From the IMG/VR virus record IMGVR_UViG_2778261222_000004, positions 1 through 36,061 of that record: a stretch of 36,061 nt of DNA. One strand, 5' to 3'. How positions within the stretch are numbered: position 1 is the stretch's first letter; each line of letters opens with the position of its first letter. Source of the DNA: a virus (Duplodnaviria > Heunggongvirae > Uroviricota > Caudoviricetes). The translations under genes were made by a program, and so were the position numbers. Shown here piece by piece: positions 24,263 through 34,455 of the stretch. The notes under the pieces are model-generated. The model had not been told where the DNA came from and did no database searches. It saw only the letters and a program-made list of their open reading frames with translations.

Positions 24263-25439
24263 CGGCAAACCTACCGCAGATTACGAGCGCATTCTGGCTG
24301 ATAATGGCATGCCGGTAACCGAAGAACAGGCACGTGCTGAATTTGAAGCCATTGTCAAAGACGAAGGGCTTATCACCAACACATCCCGCATGTCGCCGTT
24401 CTGGCGACTGATTACAGCTATCACCACAAAACCCGTGATGTGGCTGAAAGATGCGCTGGTTAATGTGGTGATGAAAAACCTGTTTCTGGCTGATGCCAGC
24501 GGTGTATTCGTTGATGTTTTTGCCTGGGCGGTAAACCTGCAACGCAAGGCTGCCACGCACGCAGCCGGCGTGATTCGTTTCACCAAAAACGACATTGATC
24601 ACGCAGTTACCGTGCCGGCCGGTACGCAGATTCAGACAGAACGCATTAACGGCGTGATTTATACGCTGACCGTTGTCAGGGATACCGTTATTCCGGCAGA
24701 AACACTCAGCATGAACATCGATGTTTCTGCGGAACAGGCCGGAGCCGGCTTTAACCTTGCGCCGGGATATTACCGCATCCTTCCGGTGGCGATTGATGGT
24801 ATTGCCGGTGTTGAGAACGATGAAAACTGGCTGACCACACCGGGAGCCAACGAAGAAAGCGATGACGAGCTGCGTGATCGTGTTCGCAATCAGTTTAATC
24901 TTGCCGGCGCTTATCACACCGATGCAGTTTACCGGGGATTAATTGCCGGCGTTGCCGGCATCAGTGCCGACCGCATCTATTTTCTGCATGACGCACCACG
25001 CGGCCCCGGCACAGCAAATGCTTACATTCTGCTGGATACCGGCATCGCATCCGAACCGTTCGTTGATGCAGTAAACGCATTCATTAACGATGAAGGTCAT
25101 CACGGACACGGTGATGATCTGCGCTGTTTTTCCATGCCTGAAACACGCCACACCCTGACCGTGACACTCTGGTTATATGCAACGCTGAACCTCAGCGATG
25201 GGGAAATTCAGACGTTATTGCGCAATGTGGAAAATCTGGTTCGCTGTGCATTTCGAGAAAACAGCGATTATGACGTTCAGAAAACATGGCCGTATAGCCG
25301 TTTCAGCATGTCCAGACTGGGCGAAGAGATCCACCAGGTATTTCCACAGGTGGAGTCGGTTACATTTTCTCTTCCGGATATTCTCAGTGATCTGGCTGTT
25401 CCTCGTCTGGAATCCCTTACTGTGGAGGTGAGCGCGTGA
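24255..25439 (+). CDS. baseplate J-like protein
   Basis: About 394 aa, size and position of P2 gpJ / Mu gp47-type baseplate proteins; ATG 24255 (the ORF track lists the TTG at 24252). Confidence 0.75.
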   Translation: MINGKPTADYERILADNGMPVTEEQARAEFEAIVKDEGLITNTSRMSPFWRLITAITTKPVMWLKDALVNVVMKNLFLADASGVFVDVFAWAVNLQRKAATHAAGVIRFTKNDIDHAVTVPAGTQIQTERINGVIYTLTVVRDTVIPAETLSMNIDVSAEQAGAGFNLAPGYYRILPVAIDGIAGVENDENWLTTPGANEESDDELRDRVRNQFNLAGAYHTDAVYRGLIAGVAGISADRIYFLHDAPRGPGTANAYILLDTGIASEPFVDAVNAFINDEGHHGHGDDLRCFSMPETRHTLTVTLWLYATLNLSDGEIQTLLRNVENLVRCAFRENSDYDVQKTWPYSRFSMSRLGEEIHQVFPQVESVTFSLPDILSDLAVPRLESLTVEVSA

Positions 25440-26056
25440 AACTTCCGGAGATCCCTGAATTCCCACTCCCCACCTGGATGAATAAAGGCGAGCCGTTAAC
25501 GCTGGCACATTCATCGCATCGCTACTGGGAAAAGGTATACAGCTGGCTGACGTGGCCACTACAGCAGATTGATGTCGACACCTGCGCAGAGCCTTTACTT
25601 AACCTGCTGGCTTATCAGCGCAATATCACCCGATTTAAAGGTGAGCCGGTTTCGTTATTTCGCTTAAGAGTGAAACACGCGTTTATTAACGCTCAGGACT
25701 CTGGCGAACGCGCCGGCTTCGAACGCATCTTTAAGCGTCTTGGCGTGGGAGACGTTAAAACACTGGAACGACAACTGCAGCATGACTGGGACGTTATTTT
25801 ACTGCGCATTAATGACACCCAGTTAAGTGAAAACAACGCGCTGATGATGCAGCTCGTGCGCCAGTATGGTCGTACCTGCAGGCGCTATTTCTTTCAGGTA
25901 ATCAATACAACCACTGCCCGGCTGACAGCCGGCACATTCGATGGCCATTACAGGTATCACACAGCAGAAGCAACGGTGAGAAAGGACACCATCTGGTTAA
26001 CCGCTTCGCTACAGGCAGGACATTACGGCCTGTCCGTGGAACATTACACATTATAG
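25436..26056 (+). CDS. tail protein I-like (baseplate)
   Basis: 206 aa; GTG start 25436 with GGAGG 7 nt upstream, overlapping the J-like stop; position as P2 gpI. Confidence 0.55.
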   Translation: MKLPEIPEFPLPTWMNKGEPLTLAHSSHRYWEKVYSWLTWPLQQIDVDTCAEPLLNLLAYQRNITRFKGEPVSLFRLRVKHAFINAQDSGERAGFERIFKRLGVGDVKTLERQLQHDWDVILLRINDTQLSENNALMMQLVRQYGRTCRRYFFQVINTTTARLTAGTFDGHYRYHTAEATVRKDTIWLTASLQAGHYGLSVEHYTL

Positions 26057-26067
26057 GCAGATGAAGC

Positions 26068-27768
26068 ATGAGCACGATTATTACTGAACAGTACGAACAC
26101 TGGTGCGCAAATCAAATCATCAGTGGAAAACCTGCGCGCCCGGATACATTTGTTTTTGCATATATTCCGGGACAGGATGAATCCGCAGAGATCCCCCGCG
26201 ATGAGATACTCCCTGATGAATCCATGATTCAGTATCGTGCGCCGGTCACCCAGTACGGCCACCTGTCGCCGAACGCGACCGCGTTTTCCATCATTCTGGA
26301 CACGACAGTCGGCGACTTCGAATACAACTGGATCGGTCTGCTGAACGAAGAAAGCGGCGTGCTCTGCATGATTGCACACACACCTCGTCAGCAAAAAATT
26401 AAAACAGCGAACGGCGTGCAGGGAAACAACCTGATCCGCACATTTTCCATGGAGTTTGACGGCGCAGCCGCAGCAATGCATATCGATGTCAGCGCTGATG
26501 TCTGGCAGATTGATTTCACTGCACGCCTTGCAGGAATGGATGAGGCCCGCCGGCTGCTGGCGTTTGATCACTACGGTGAAGCCGCTTTTCTGGGGGATGG
26601 TTTTCAGGTCAGCTATCAGGACGGTACCGCTACTGTTGCCGCCGGCGTGGGTTATGTGGGAGGTCTGCGCGTCAGTCTGCGCGAACCTTACAGCCTGCCG
26701 GCTGCGGTCGGGGATACCCTCTGGATTGATGCAAGCTGGCAGGGATTTGTTACTGGCGAATGGAATACCGTTTTTACGTTCTGCGCCCGCCAGGAACATG
26801 CGTCTTATACAGACGGTAACGGCTTCCGACACTTTGTCGCGCCACTTGCAAAAATGACAGGAGACGGCCCACAGGACCTGCGCCCGGAGACACCCGACGA
26901 AGAACAAAGCAATGCACTGGCAGAGCACGAAAAATCCCGCCATCATCCGGACGCAACACTGCAGGAGAAAGGCTTTGCGCAGTACAGCAACTCCACCGAC
27001 AGCGACGCAGAAGACCGCGCCGCCACATCAAAGGCAGTAAAAGCCGCAATGGATAAAGCAAAAGACGCTGTTGAGCGCGACGGCGACACCATGACCGGGG
27101 AACTGAAAATCCGTGGTGTTAATGCACTGAGGATTTTCAACGAAGCTTTTGGCCTGATTTTTCGTCGTTCGGAAGAGTGCCTGCACCTTATCCCTACCAG
27201 TGAAGGTCAGGGCGAGAATGGCGATATTGGCCCCCTGCGTCCGTTCACTATTAATTTGCGGACGGGTGAAGTTTCCATGTTACACGCAGTATCTGTTGGC
27301 GGTGGTTCGAAAGTTAACGGTGCGTTGGGTATCGGCGTTCAGAATGCGCTGGGCGGAAACTCAATTGCTTTCGGGGATAACGATACCGGCCTGAAACAGA
27401 ATGGTGATGGCCTGCTGGATGTTTATGCCAATAGCGTGCATGTGTTGCGTTTTCAGAGTGGCAGCATTCAGAGTAATAAACCTGTAAACGTTACCGGGCG
27501 GGTAACACCGTCAGACTACGGAAACTTTGATGCCCGTTACCAGACCAAAACAGGCGGCGTGCAGGATGTGCGTTATGGTTCCGAAATGTATTACAACCCG
27601 GGAGGTAACCAGATATCCTGGACATTTCGCTCACCTTCAGGCCATGGATTATCTGGTATTAATGTGCAGGAAACCGGAAGTAATTCGGCAGATAACATCG
27701 GCGGCGTGTATTACCGACCGCTTCAGAAACTGATTAACGGCACCTGGTATAACGTGGCGAGTGTTTAA
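26068..27768 (+). CDS. tail fibre protein 1
   Basis: 566 aa; N-terminal domain shared with fibre 2 (conserved ...PARPD...F... start), Gly/Ser/Asn-rich C-terminal receptor-binding region. Confidence 0.8.
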   Translation: MSTIITEQYEHWCANQIISGKPARPDTFVFAYIPGQDESAEIPRDEILPDESMIQYRAPVTQYGHLSPNATAFSIILDTTVGDFEYNWIGLLNEESGVLCMIAHTPRQQKIKTANGVQGNNLIRTFSMEFDGAAAAMHIDVSADVWQIDFTARLAGMDEARRLLAFDHYGEAAFLGDGFQVSYQDGTATVAAGVGYVGGLRVSLREPYSLPAAVGDTLWIDASWQGFVTGEWNTVFTFCARQEHASYTDGNGFRHFVAPLAKMTGDGPQDLRPETPDEEQSNALAEHEKSRHHPDATLQEKGFAQYSNSTDSDAEDRAATSKAVKAAMDKAKDAVERDGDTMTGELKIRGVNALRIFNEAFGLIFRRSEECLHLIPTSEGQGENGDIGPLRPFTINLRTGEVSMLHAVSVGGGSKVNGALGIGVQNALGGNSIAFGDNDTGLKQNGDGLLDVYANSVHVLRFQSGSIQSNKPVNVTGRVTPSDYGNFDARYQTKTGGVQDVRYGSEMYYNPGGNQISWTFRSPSGHGLSGINVQETGSNSADNIGGVYYRPLQKLINGTWYNVASV

Positions 27769-27770
27769 TA

Positions 27771-28322
27771 ATGTTGCATTTAAAAAATATTACTGCGGGC
27801 AATCCGAAAACCGCAGAACAATATCAGATGACAAAACAATATGGTGTCACCTGGCTTTTTTCGGAAGACGACAAAAACTGGTATGAAGAACAGAAGAACT
27901 TTGCCAGCGACACAATAAAAATGGTTTACACCGGGGACGGGCGCGTGGTGTGGGTCGGTAAGGATATGACAGGCATTGAACCCCGTAATGCCAGTGTTAT
28001 TGAAGTTCCGGATATTACCGCTAACCGCCGCATCACTGCACCGGGTTACTGGTTTTACCGCAATGATGAATTTGTCTTCGATTACAAATTAAAAGCAGAA
28101 GACGAGCGTGATGCCCTGTTAAAACAGTCCAGCATCATGACCTGCGAGTGGGAAAAAGACCTGCTGCTGGGATTAATCAGCGACGAAGACAGGGAAAAAC
28201 TGAAAGCCTGCCGTATTTATACAAAAAAGTTACGAGAGATGACATTCAGCCAGGTTACAGATAAAGCATCGTATGCCGCGATTGTATGGCCAGAATTACC
28301 GCAGAACATTAGCGAGAATTAA
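27771..28322 (+). CDS. tail fibre assembly chaperone 1 (gpG / Tfa-like)
   Basis: 183 aa immediately after fibre 1; C-terminal block AAIVWPELP typical of Tfa-type chaperones; AT-rich. Confidence 0.7.
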   Translation: MLHLKNITAGNPKTAEQYQMTKQYGVTWLFSEDDKNWYEEQKNFASDTIKMVYTGDGRVVWVGKDMTGIEPRNASVIEVPDITANRRITAPGYWFYRNDEFVFDYKLKAEDERDALLKQSSIMTCEWEKDLLLGLISDEDREKLKACRIYTKKLREMTFSQVTDKASYAAIVWPELPQNISEN

Positions 28323-28328
28323 GAAGTA

Positions 28329-30368
28329 ATGAGCGCACTGTTAACAAAAGCATTTGAAAAGTGGGTTGCTGAATGCACTGCCAGTAATTTACCTGCACGC
28401 CCTGACGCTATTATTTTTGCCCTGATGGAGCGGGAACCAACGCGCGAAGACAATACCGTTCCGGAAGACAGAATCACATACGCTGTGAATGAACTGACCT
28501 GTGGCCAGTTAAGCCAGGACACTATTGTGTGCAGCGCCGTTGTTCCTGATGACTGTGTTTTCAGTTATGACTGGATTTGTCTCATCCATCAGGCCAGTGG
28601 AACGTTATGCGGCGTAATAAAAACTCCCGTCAGACAGAAAACGACAGGTGAGTCACTCGTCCGCAATTTTACAATCACCTACAGAGGCATTGCTCAGTCC
28701 GCGCAAATCAGCGTCCCTCCCCAGAGCTGGCAGGTGGATATCACTCCGGAGCTGAAAACAGCACTGAAAACTCCTAATCACCTGTCAGAAATTGCAGCAG
28801 AAGGCGAAGAGGCGCAACAGGAATCCCGCGACAATCTGGGACTGAAAGTTTCAGCCATAATGGAGCCACAGGGTGATATTCGAGACCGGACTGAAGGTTG
28901 TCTGGCGATACCGGGCGCATTTGGTTTTGGTCATATTTTTATTCCGGGTGATGCTGTCAGGTTTAACAACGAGGCTGATTTGCTGGCATGGGTAAGATGT
29001 GTGGAACCCGGAGAATATTATGTGGAGGGGGGAAGCGGAGTACTTCCCGGCATCGCCTTCCGGGGGATGATAAGTATCCGCTGGCTGGAAGCAGAACGCT
29101 CCACACCTCTGCCACCACATACAGCAAAGGCCATTATTTTCTATGGCATTAACGGTGATATTTATTACAACCGTTACTGGAGTACAGGAAATGGATTGCT
29201 GACTGGCTGGGAAAACCTGAAAGTCAACGAGGCTTCACTCAGGGCGCTGATTGAAACCCGCGCGCCGCTGAACAGCCCGGCGTTCACCGGTACGCCAACC
29301 ACACCAACCCCACCGGATGATGCGGTCGGGCTGGAGATGGCGAACGCGGCGTTTGTCCGCAAACTGCTCGCTGCACTGGTTGGCTCATCTCCGGAAGCCC
29401 TTGACACACTGAATGAGCTGGCAGCGGCGCTGGGCAGTGACCCGAATTTTGCAACGACGGTCACTAACGCGCTTGCAGGCAAACAGCCACTTAGTGATGT
29501 TTTAACCGCCATCAGCAGGTTAAACGCTCAGGCAGATAATCTTCTGTACTTTGATTCGGACGGGAACGCATCGCTGACACGGTTGACGCCAGAAGCCCGT
29601 TCACTGCTGGCACAGGCCACACCGGAAGATATGCGCAGAGTGCTTGAGCTGGAAAGGTCAGACACTGTGGTGCCACAGAATAATATTTATGACCGCAGCG
29701 AAGGCGTGGTGGCCATTCCGGGGACGCTGGGATATGGAGGATATTACCGACATGAAGACAAAGTCATTTTCAGGGGAGAAAACGGCCCTGCTGATTTTAT
29801 TTCCTGGGTATCCACTACACCACCGGGCCGGTATGCGGTAGGAGACGGTACTTCATATAGCGCGCCTCAGATTATTGACAAGGAAAATCGTCTGGAAGGG
29901 ATTGTTGAAATTATTATTCCGGATACAGCCTCCTCGTCTTCGCAATCGCGTGCAGACAAGCTCATTATTTTCATGAGTAAGAAGGGAGAAATGTTTATCA
30001 ACTGGCTGAAATGGACCAGTGCCGGAGCCGGTCTGGCTGGCTGGGGAAATCTCAGCGCGAAGGGATTACGCTCTGCTGACTTCTGGGGAAACCCGGGGAT
30101 TGACGGAGTCACACTGGCAGCAATATCTGTCGCTGACCTTGCCTCACATAAGCGTGGGGACAGGATATCAGGCGAAAAGTTACGGCATGTATCGCTTATG
30201 TTTGAGAACAATGGTAATCCGTGCGCAGCGGCATCGGTTTACAACGTATCGATGATGTACGGGTTATTGCCGGGGTCCTATTTTATTCTGAATGGCTCCA
30301 GTCAGAGTCTGAACTGTGGGAATAAAGCCAATGCCTGGTGGATTTGCCTGGTGATGAGGGCAGAATAA
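28329..30368 (+). CDS. tail fibre protein 2 (P2 gpH-like conserved central motif)
   Basis: 679 aa; contains LNSPAFTGTPTTPTPPDDAVGLEMANAAFV ... SSPEALDTLNELAAALGSDPNFATTVTNALAGKQP, a block widely conserved in P2 H / Mu S / P1 S-type fibres. Confidence 0.85.
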   Translation: MSALLTKAFEKWVAECTASNLPARPDAIIFALMEREPTREDNTVPEDRITYAVNELTCGQLSQDTIVCSAVVPDDCVFSYDWICLIHQASGTLCGVIKTPVRQKTTGESLVRNFTITYRGIAQSAQISVPPQSWQVDITPELKTALKTPNHLSEIAAEGEEAQQESRDNLGLKVSAIMEPQGDIRDRTEGCLAIPGAFGFGHIFIPGDAVRFNNEADLLAWVRCVEPGEYYVEGGSGVLPGIAFRGMISIRWLEAERSTPLPPHTAKAIIFYGINGDIYYNRYWSTGNGLLTGWENLKVNEASLRALIETRAPLNSPAFTGTPTTPTPPDDAVGLEMANAAFVRKLLAALVGSSPEALDTLNELAAALGSDPNFATTVTNALAGKQPLSDVLTAISRLNAQADNLLYFDSDGNASLTRLTPEARSLLAQATPEDMRRVLELERSDTVVPQNNIYDRSEGVVAIPGTLGYGGYYRHEDKVIFRGENGPADFISWVSTTPPGRYAVGDGTSYSAPQIIDKENRLEGIVEIIIPDTASSSSQSRADKLIIFMSKKGEMFINWLKWTSAGAGLAGWGNLSAKGLRSADFWGNPGIDGVTLAAISVADLASHKRGDRISGEKLRHVSLMFENNGNPCAAASVYNVSMMYGLLPGSYFILNGSSQSLNCGNKANAWWICLVMRAE

Positions 30369-30940
30369 TGAAAATAATCGACATAAAGGCGATGAAATAC
30401 CTGGAAGACGGGTCTGTTTCCTGTGAAGTGTTGTTTGAAGGGCGGGCTGATTATATTCCTTATCGTGCAGTGGAAAATGATTCTGCTGCATCAGGCCAGC
30501 GGGTATGGGGAACACTGATGAGCGGTGAGTTTGGTGAAATCATCCCCTTCACTGTAACAGCAGAGATGCTGGACAAAGAAAAAGAACTGAAAAAAGAGGA
30601 AATCAGGCGCTGGCGAACAGAACAGGAGGCGCAGCCGTTCACATTCGAATGGAACAGCAGCACATGGAATGGAGGAAAATCCTCACTGGAACGCTTATTC
30701 CCGGCAGTGATGGCAGCAAAATCTGGTGTGGCACACAATGCCACAGTATGGAGTGATGCAAATAACCAACAAATTAAATTGTCACAACAAAAGCTGGAAG
30801 AACTACTTACGGCAATGGTGCAGGCTCAGGCTGCACGCAACGATGAGATTTACCTGCGCCAGCGTGAGATGAAAAACACGCTGGCCACACTGAATAACAT
30901 TGCTGCAATTAGGGCATTTCAGGTGGGCAAAGCAGAATGA
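30368..30940 (+). CDS. tail fibre assembly chaperone 2
   Basis: ATG 30368 overlaps the fibre 2 stop (TAATG), RBS GAGGG upstream; 190 aa; the ORF-track start 30338 is inside fibre 2. Confidence 0.55.
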   Translation: MKIIDIKAMKYLEDGSVSCEVLFEGRADYIPYRAVENDSAASGQRVWGTLMSGEFGEIIPFTVTAEMLDKEKELKKEEIRRWRTEQEAQPFTFEWNSSTWNGGKSSLERLFPAVMAAKSGVAHNATVWSDANNQQIKLSQQKLEELLTAMVQAQAARNDEIYLRQREMKNTLATLNNIAAIRAFQVGKAE

Positions 30941-31650
30941 AATGGAAAGAGGTAATTTTACGTCCGTCTGCCATAAACATTAAATGTTCTGTGGTTTGTC
31001 TTCATCCGTGGTCAGAAAATACCGGAAACATCAAACCATCGGGGCGTTATCTCAGCCCCGAAAATGCTGTATCTGCACTTTTACCCTACCTGAAAGAAAG
31101 CACAGAAAAAGACATTGTGGCGCTGTTGTTTTGCGCTCCTTCTGCTGGCGAGTTTTTATCACTCGCCAGGCAATTTTCAGGCGCATTTCCATTGCCAGAG
31201 GTGGGGCGAATGTCCCGCATGATTTCCAGTCAACTTTCACTGGCCATCAGCAGAATGCAAATCCCCGCCAGACCGGCAACATCACTTCCGGAACCGATAA
31301 TGCTGTCGACACAGACCACTCGCAGCATGTCGCTGGCAGCAACCATTGCACAGGCAGCCACTCCTGCCGCCACATCACCGGAAACATTGTCATCATCGCT
31401 GCATCAGTTCATGAATGCGAGAGATAAAGCCTTACAGGAAATCGCTGATCAGCAGGCCGCACTCCGGCAAAAAGTTTGCCCGGTGTGGCGCTTTTGCTAC
31501 AAGGGAGCCCTTAGCCAGGCTGCAGTGCTGATACAAAAAAACATCCCACACCCCGAGTGGGTTTTTACAGCAGTGATGCTGTTCGTCGGCGATAATCTCT
31601 CATCACTAAGGGAAGCACTACATGACCCAGATGATTGTCCTTGCGCTTGA
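30937..31650 (+). CDS. hypothetical tail-associated protein
   Basis: 237 aa, start overlaps the upstream stop (ATGA), so part of the late tail operon; Ser/Ala/Thr-rich low-complexity middle; function not recognised. Confidence 0.4.
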   Translation: MKWKEVILRPSAINIKCSVVCLHPWSENTGNIKPSGRYLSPENAVSALLPYLKESTEKDIVALLFCAPSAGEFLSLARQFSGAFPLPEVGRMSRMISSQLSLAISRMQIPARPATSLPEPIMLSTQTTRSMSLAATIAQAATPAATSPETLSSSLHQFMNARDKALQEIADQQAALRQKVCPVWRFCYKGALSQAAVLIQKNIPHPEWVFTAVMLFVGDNLSSLREALHDPDDCPCA

Positions 31651-32197
31651 CGGGGAAGCCATTCTGCTGCGTAACATCACCGTCAGCGCCACCATGCAAC
31701 TACCGGACAAAGATATGTCCGGACAGTCAACCAGCACCACGAGCGCCCAGCAGGGAAACAAGGCTAAAGAGCTGCGCGTGTCGGGGGTTATTGATTTTAA
31801 CGATGAAGCTATTCTGACCCGTATTTTTCAGCTTGCGGAGGCAACAGAAAGCAACGGTGCTAAAAAAACATATCGCATTGCTAACGCTACCGCGAAGGCA
31901 ATCAATATGCGACAGGGGGTGTTTTCTGGTGGCATTGATGCCACGGAACAACAGGGAAAAATGCACTGGCAGATCACCTTTACTCTCAGGGAAAAATTAA
32001 GCGTGCCAGAGAAAGCATCCGCACGCAGCGGTTCGCAGAAAACCATCGCCAGACAGCAGACCCAGAATGGCAGCGAACAGGTACCAGACAAAGGCATGAA
32101 TACGCAAAGTTCGTTCTGGAAAAAAATCAATGATGCCGTTGGCTCTGGTCTGGATGCTGTTGGCATCGGGAGCGTGAAAGAGGAAGGGAAAACATGA
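31622..32197 (+). CDS. hypothetical tail-associated protein
   Basis: 191 aa, overlaps the upstream ORF by 29 nt and the downstream start by 4 nt; function not recognised. Confidence 0.4.
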   Translation: MTQMIVLALDGEAILLRNITVSATMQLPDKDMSGQSTSTTSAQQGNKAKELRVSGVIDFNDEAILTRIFQLAEATESNGAKKTYRIANATAKAINMRQGVFSGGIDATEQQGKMHWQITFTLREKLSVPEKASARSGSQKTIARQQTQNGSEQVPDKGMNTQSSFWKKINDAVGSGLDAVGIGSVKEEGKT

Positions 32198-33891
32198 AAT
32201 TGATACAACGCTGCATGATTAATGGCGAACGGGTGGAAATTGCCGATATAAGCCTTGTTCTTACCCTGAATGCTGCCGGTCGTGGCTTCATTTCTGTTAA
32301 CAATCTGTCACCCGAACACAGCCTTGCCGGCGCAATGGTACAAATTGATCTCGGCCGTGACGGTGAAGCATGGCGCTATTTCTCCGGCTACATTGAGCGC
32401 GATCAACCTGCTGAAAATGGCTCACGTCGCCTTTTTATTCGTGAAGCGGCTGCTGTGCTGGATTTTGATTTCCCTTGCTCCATGCAACACCCGACGTTGC
32501 GGGGGGTACTCGATAATCTGGGGCGACAAAGCGGTATCGTTTTTATCACTCCGGATGCGGATTATGCCAGTATACCAACTCCCTACATCACCCACAGCGG
32601 CAGCGGAGCACAACTGCTCAGCCAACTGGGGCGAGCATTCAGTATCAGCGATTACGTCTGGCACCCTATGCCGGACGGTTCTGTATTTGTGGGAAGCGCA
32701 GCTGATTCACGATTTGCCAGTATTACAATGCCGGATATTCCGCAACAGTACACACTCGGGCAAAGCGGCGGAAACAGCATCGACATCATGTTTATGGAAA
32801 CTGTGCGACCGGGCGTGAACCTACCGGCCGGGCGCATTACCCGTGTAGCCCTCAACAACGAGAAAATGACCCTGACATGGGAGCGCCTTACCGCCACGGG
32901 TACCCCTGTTTCCAAATCACCATTACGCAGACAAATGGAAACACAGTTCCCAGAACTGGCCAGCGGTACGCTACATACCCGGCTGGCGCGCGTCATTGCG
33001 CCAACGGAGCCCACCACCCTGGGCGACGTGGCCGACAGTTTCCGCCCACGCTACGCCGTCGATGTGCAGTTGCTTGATGAGAACGGCAACGATAAAAGCG
33101 ACACGCCCGTTTACCCGGCAGTACCGCTCCCCGTCCCCATGGCTGGCAGTGAGGCGGGATGTTTTGCCTACCCACCGGCAGGCACCATCGTGGAAATATC
33201 CAACATTGAAGGACGTCCGGACAAACCCGTTATCAGGCAAATCTTACCCGCTGGCCATAACCTGCCTGATGTAAAGCCCGGCGAACAGCTGCAGCAACAG
33301 CGCGCAGAAGTGTTTCAGCGCGTCACGACTGACGGAAGCTGGCACAGAGAAACCGATCAGCAAATCAGGGAGCATTCAGCCAGACGAACCATTAACAGCG
33401 ATCAGGAAGAACGCACAACAACAACCAGAACAACAACAGTACAGGCAAACGACATAACCAGCGTTCTGGGAACCAGCAAGCTGATGACAGGCCAGACAGA
33501 ACACATTACTACTGGTCATTATGCGATCGCAGCCGGTGAGCATATCCAGATGGTAGCGCAGGATTTGCTGACTAAACTCAAAGGGGCGACATCCACGATT
33601 GAGCGCGACCTTACTGAAAACGTGGGAGGCCGCAGAACATGCCGGGCGGACGGTGGTCTGGAGTTTACAGCCCCGACAGTATTTATTGGTCGCGGTGGCT
33701 CACGGGAAAAATCCGGACTTAATCTGCTGACGTTGTTGATTGATATTCTGGATCTGGTTCAGTTGCTGGCCACACACACTGCAAACCACACCCACAGCAA
33801 CACCGGCGCACCAACAAACAACAGCGAACTTGCCGCAGACGCCAAACAGGCTACGAGCCTGCGCGAAAAATACGGTGACCTTATCGCCTGA
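32194..33891 (+). CDS. large tail/baseplate structural protein (possible hub / gpD-like; unassigned)
   Basis: 565 aa, last gene of the late operon, followed by an intrinsic terminator; in P2 the last tail gene is D, but similarity could not be confirmed by eye. Confidence 0.5.
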   Translation: MKLIQRCMINGERVEIADISLVLTLNAAGRGFISVNNLSPEHSLAGAMVQIDLGRDGEAWRYFSGYIERDQPAENGSRRLFIREAAAVLDFDFPCSMQHPTLRGVLDNLGRQSGIVFITPDADYASIPTPYITHSGSGAQLLSQLGRAFSISDYVWHPMPDGSVFVGSAADSRFASITMPDIPQQYTLGQSGGNSIDIMFMETVRPGVNLPAGRITRVALNNEKMTLTWERLTATGTPVSKSPLRRQMETQFPELASGTLHTRLARVIAPTEPTTLGDVADSFRPRYAVDVQLLDENGNDKSDTPVYPAVPLPVPMAGSEAGCFAYPPAGTIVEISNIEGRPDKPVIRQILPAGHNLPDVKPGEQLQQQRAEVFQRVTTDGSWHRETDQQIREHSARRTINSDQEERTTTTRTTTVQANDITSVLGTSKLMTGQTEHITTGHYAIAAGEHIQMVAQDLLTKLKGATSTIERDLTENVGGRRTCRADGGLEFTAPTVFIGRGGSREKSGLNLLTLLIDILDLVQLLATHTANHTHSNTGAPTNNSELAADAKQATSLREKYGDLIA

Positions 33892-33927
33892 TCACCGGGC
33901 ATACCCCCCCATAAACGCCCATCACGC

Positions 33928-33957
33928 AACGCACGGCTCCGGTCGTGCGTTTTCATA
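33928..33957 (+). terminator. rho-independent terminator of the late tail operon
   Basis: Stem AACGCACG / CGTGCGTT with 8-nt loop followed by TTTT, 37 nt after the stop of the last tail gene. Confidence 0.55.
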
Positions 33958-34013
33958 TCTGCCACCTGATTAATGCGTTCTGCGTGCCATTCTGGCGCTG
34001 TATGCGCACACCG

Positions 34014-34050
34014 CGTAAACGGTGTGACGTAAAGCGTGAGGTGACGTAAA
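34014..34050. repeat. three spaced copies of a CGTAAA-containing motif, including direct repeat GTGACGTAAA x2
   Basis: GTGACGTAAA at 34024-34033 and 34041-34050; CGTAAAC also at 34014-34020. Confidence 0.5.
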
Positions 34051-34156
34051 CCGCGCTACCCCCTCCAACCCGCGGGTTTTGTGTCGAAACAGTTTTTCAG
34101 TTTTCTGCCGTGCAAAAATGACCGCCAGCCCGCGCAGCAACTGAGGGAAAAGCGAA

Positions 34157-34414
34157 GATCTGAAATTTCACACTTTGAAATTTTTTTCAGTTTTCAGAGT
34201 GGTTTTTACGATCGCACAAATGGTAGGAACAATAAAACAGCATGATATTAAAAGAGTTTTCATACTTTACGCGAGACGAAAAACGATCACTAAAGGATCG
34301 CATCAAACAACCATCAAACAAAGAAGCCAGACGCGGCGCGGCCTGCGTAAAATCAAGAGCCAGAATTAAACTGAAAAAAGGATCAATGCCGCGCCTTGAT
34401 CGCGCATGACGATC
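34157..34414. promoter_or_regulatory. GATC-rich, repeat-rich non-coding region (candidate origin or methylation-sensitive control region)
   Basis: Seven GATC sites in 258 bp (34157, 34210, 34285, 34296, 34381, 34398, 34411); direct repeats TTTTTCAGTTTTC (34093 and 34183), TGAAATTT (34161 and 34176), tandem CATCAAACAA with 11-bp period (34301 and 34312). Confidence 0.35.
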
Positions 34415-34430
34415 TACGCAATAACAGGAC

Positions 34431-34455
34431 AAAAAACCGGCGCGAACGCCGGCGG
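34431..34455 (-). terminator. putative intrinsic terminator for a leftward transcript
   Basis: Stem CCGGCG / CGCCGG with a 4-nt loop; on the minus strand it is followed by a U6 tract (plus-strand A6 at 34431-34436). Confidence 0.45.

Noticed and set aside
26068-30940. Invertible tail-fibre segment (Mu G / P1 C type) or diversity-generating retroelement near the fibres
   Set aside because: Both fibre/chaperone pairs are on the same strand with no flanking inverted repeats recognised; no invertase (Gin/Cin-like) and no reverse transcriptase ORF in the window
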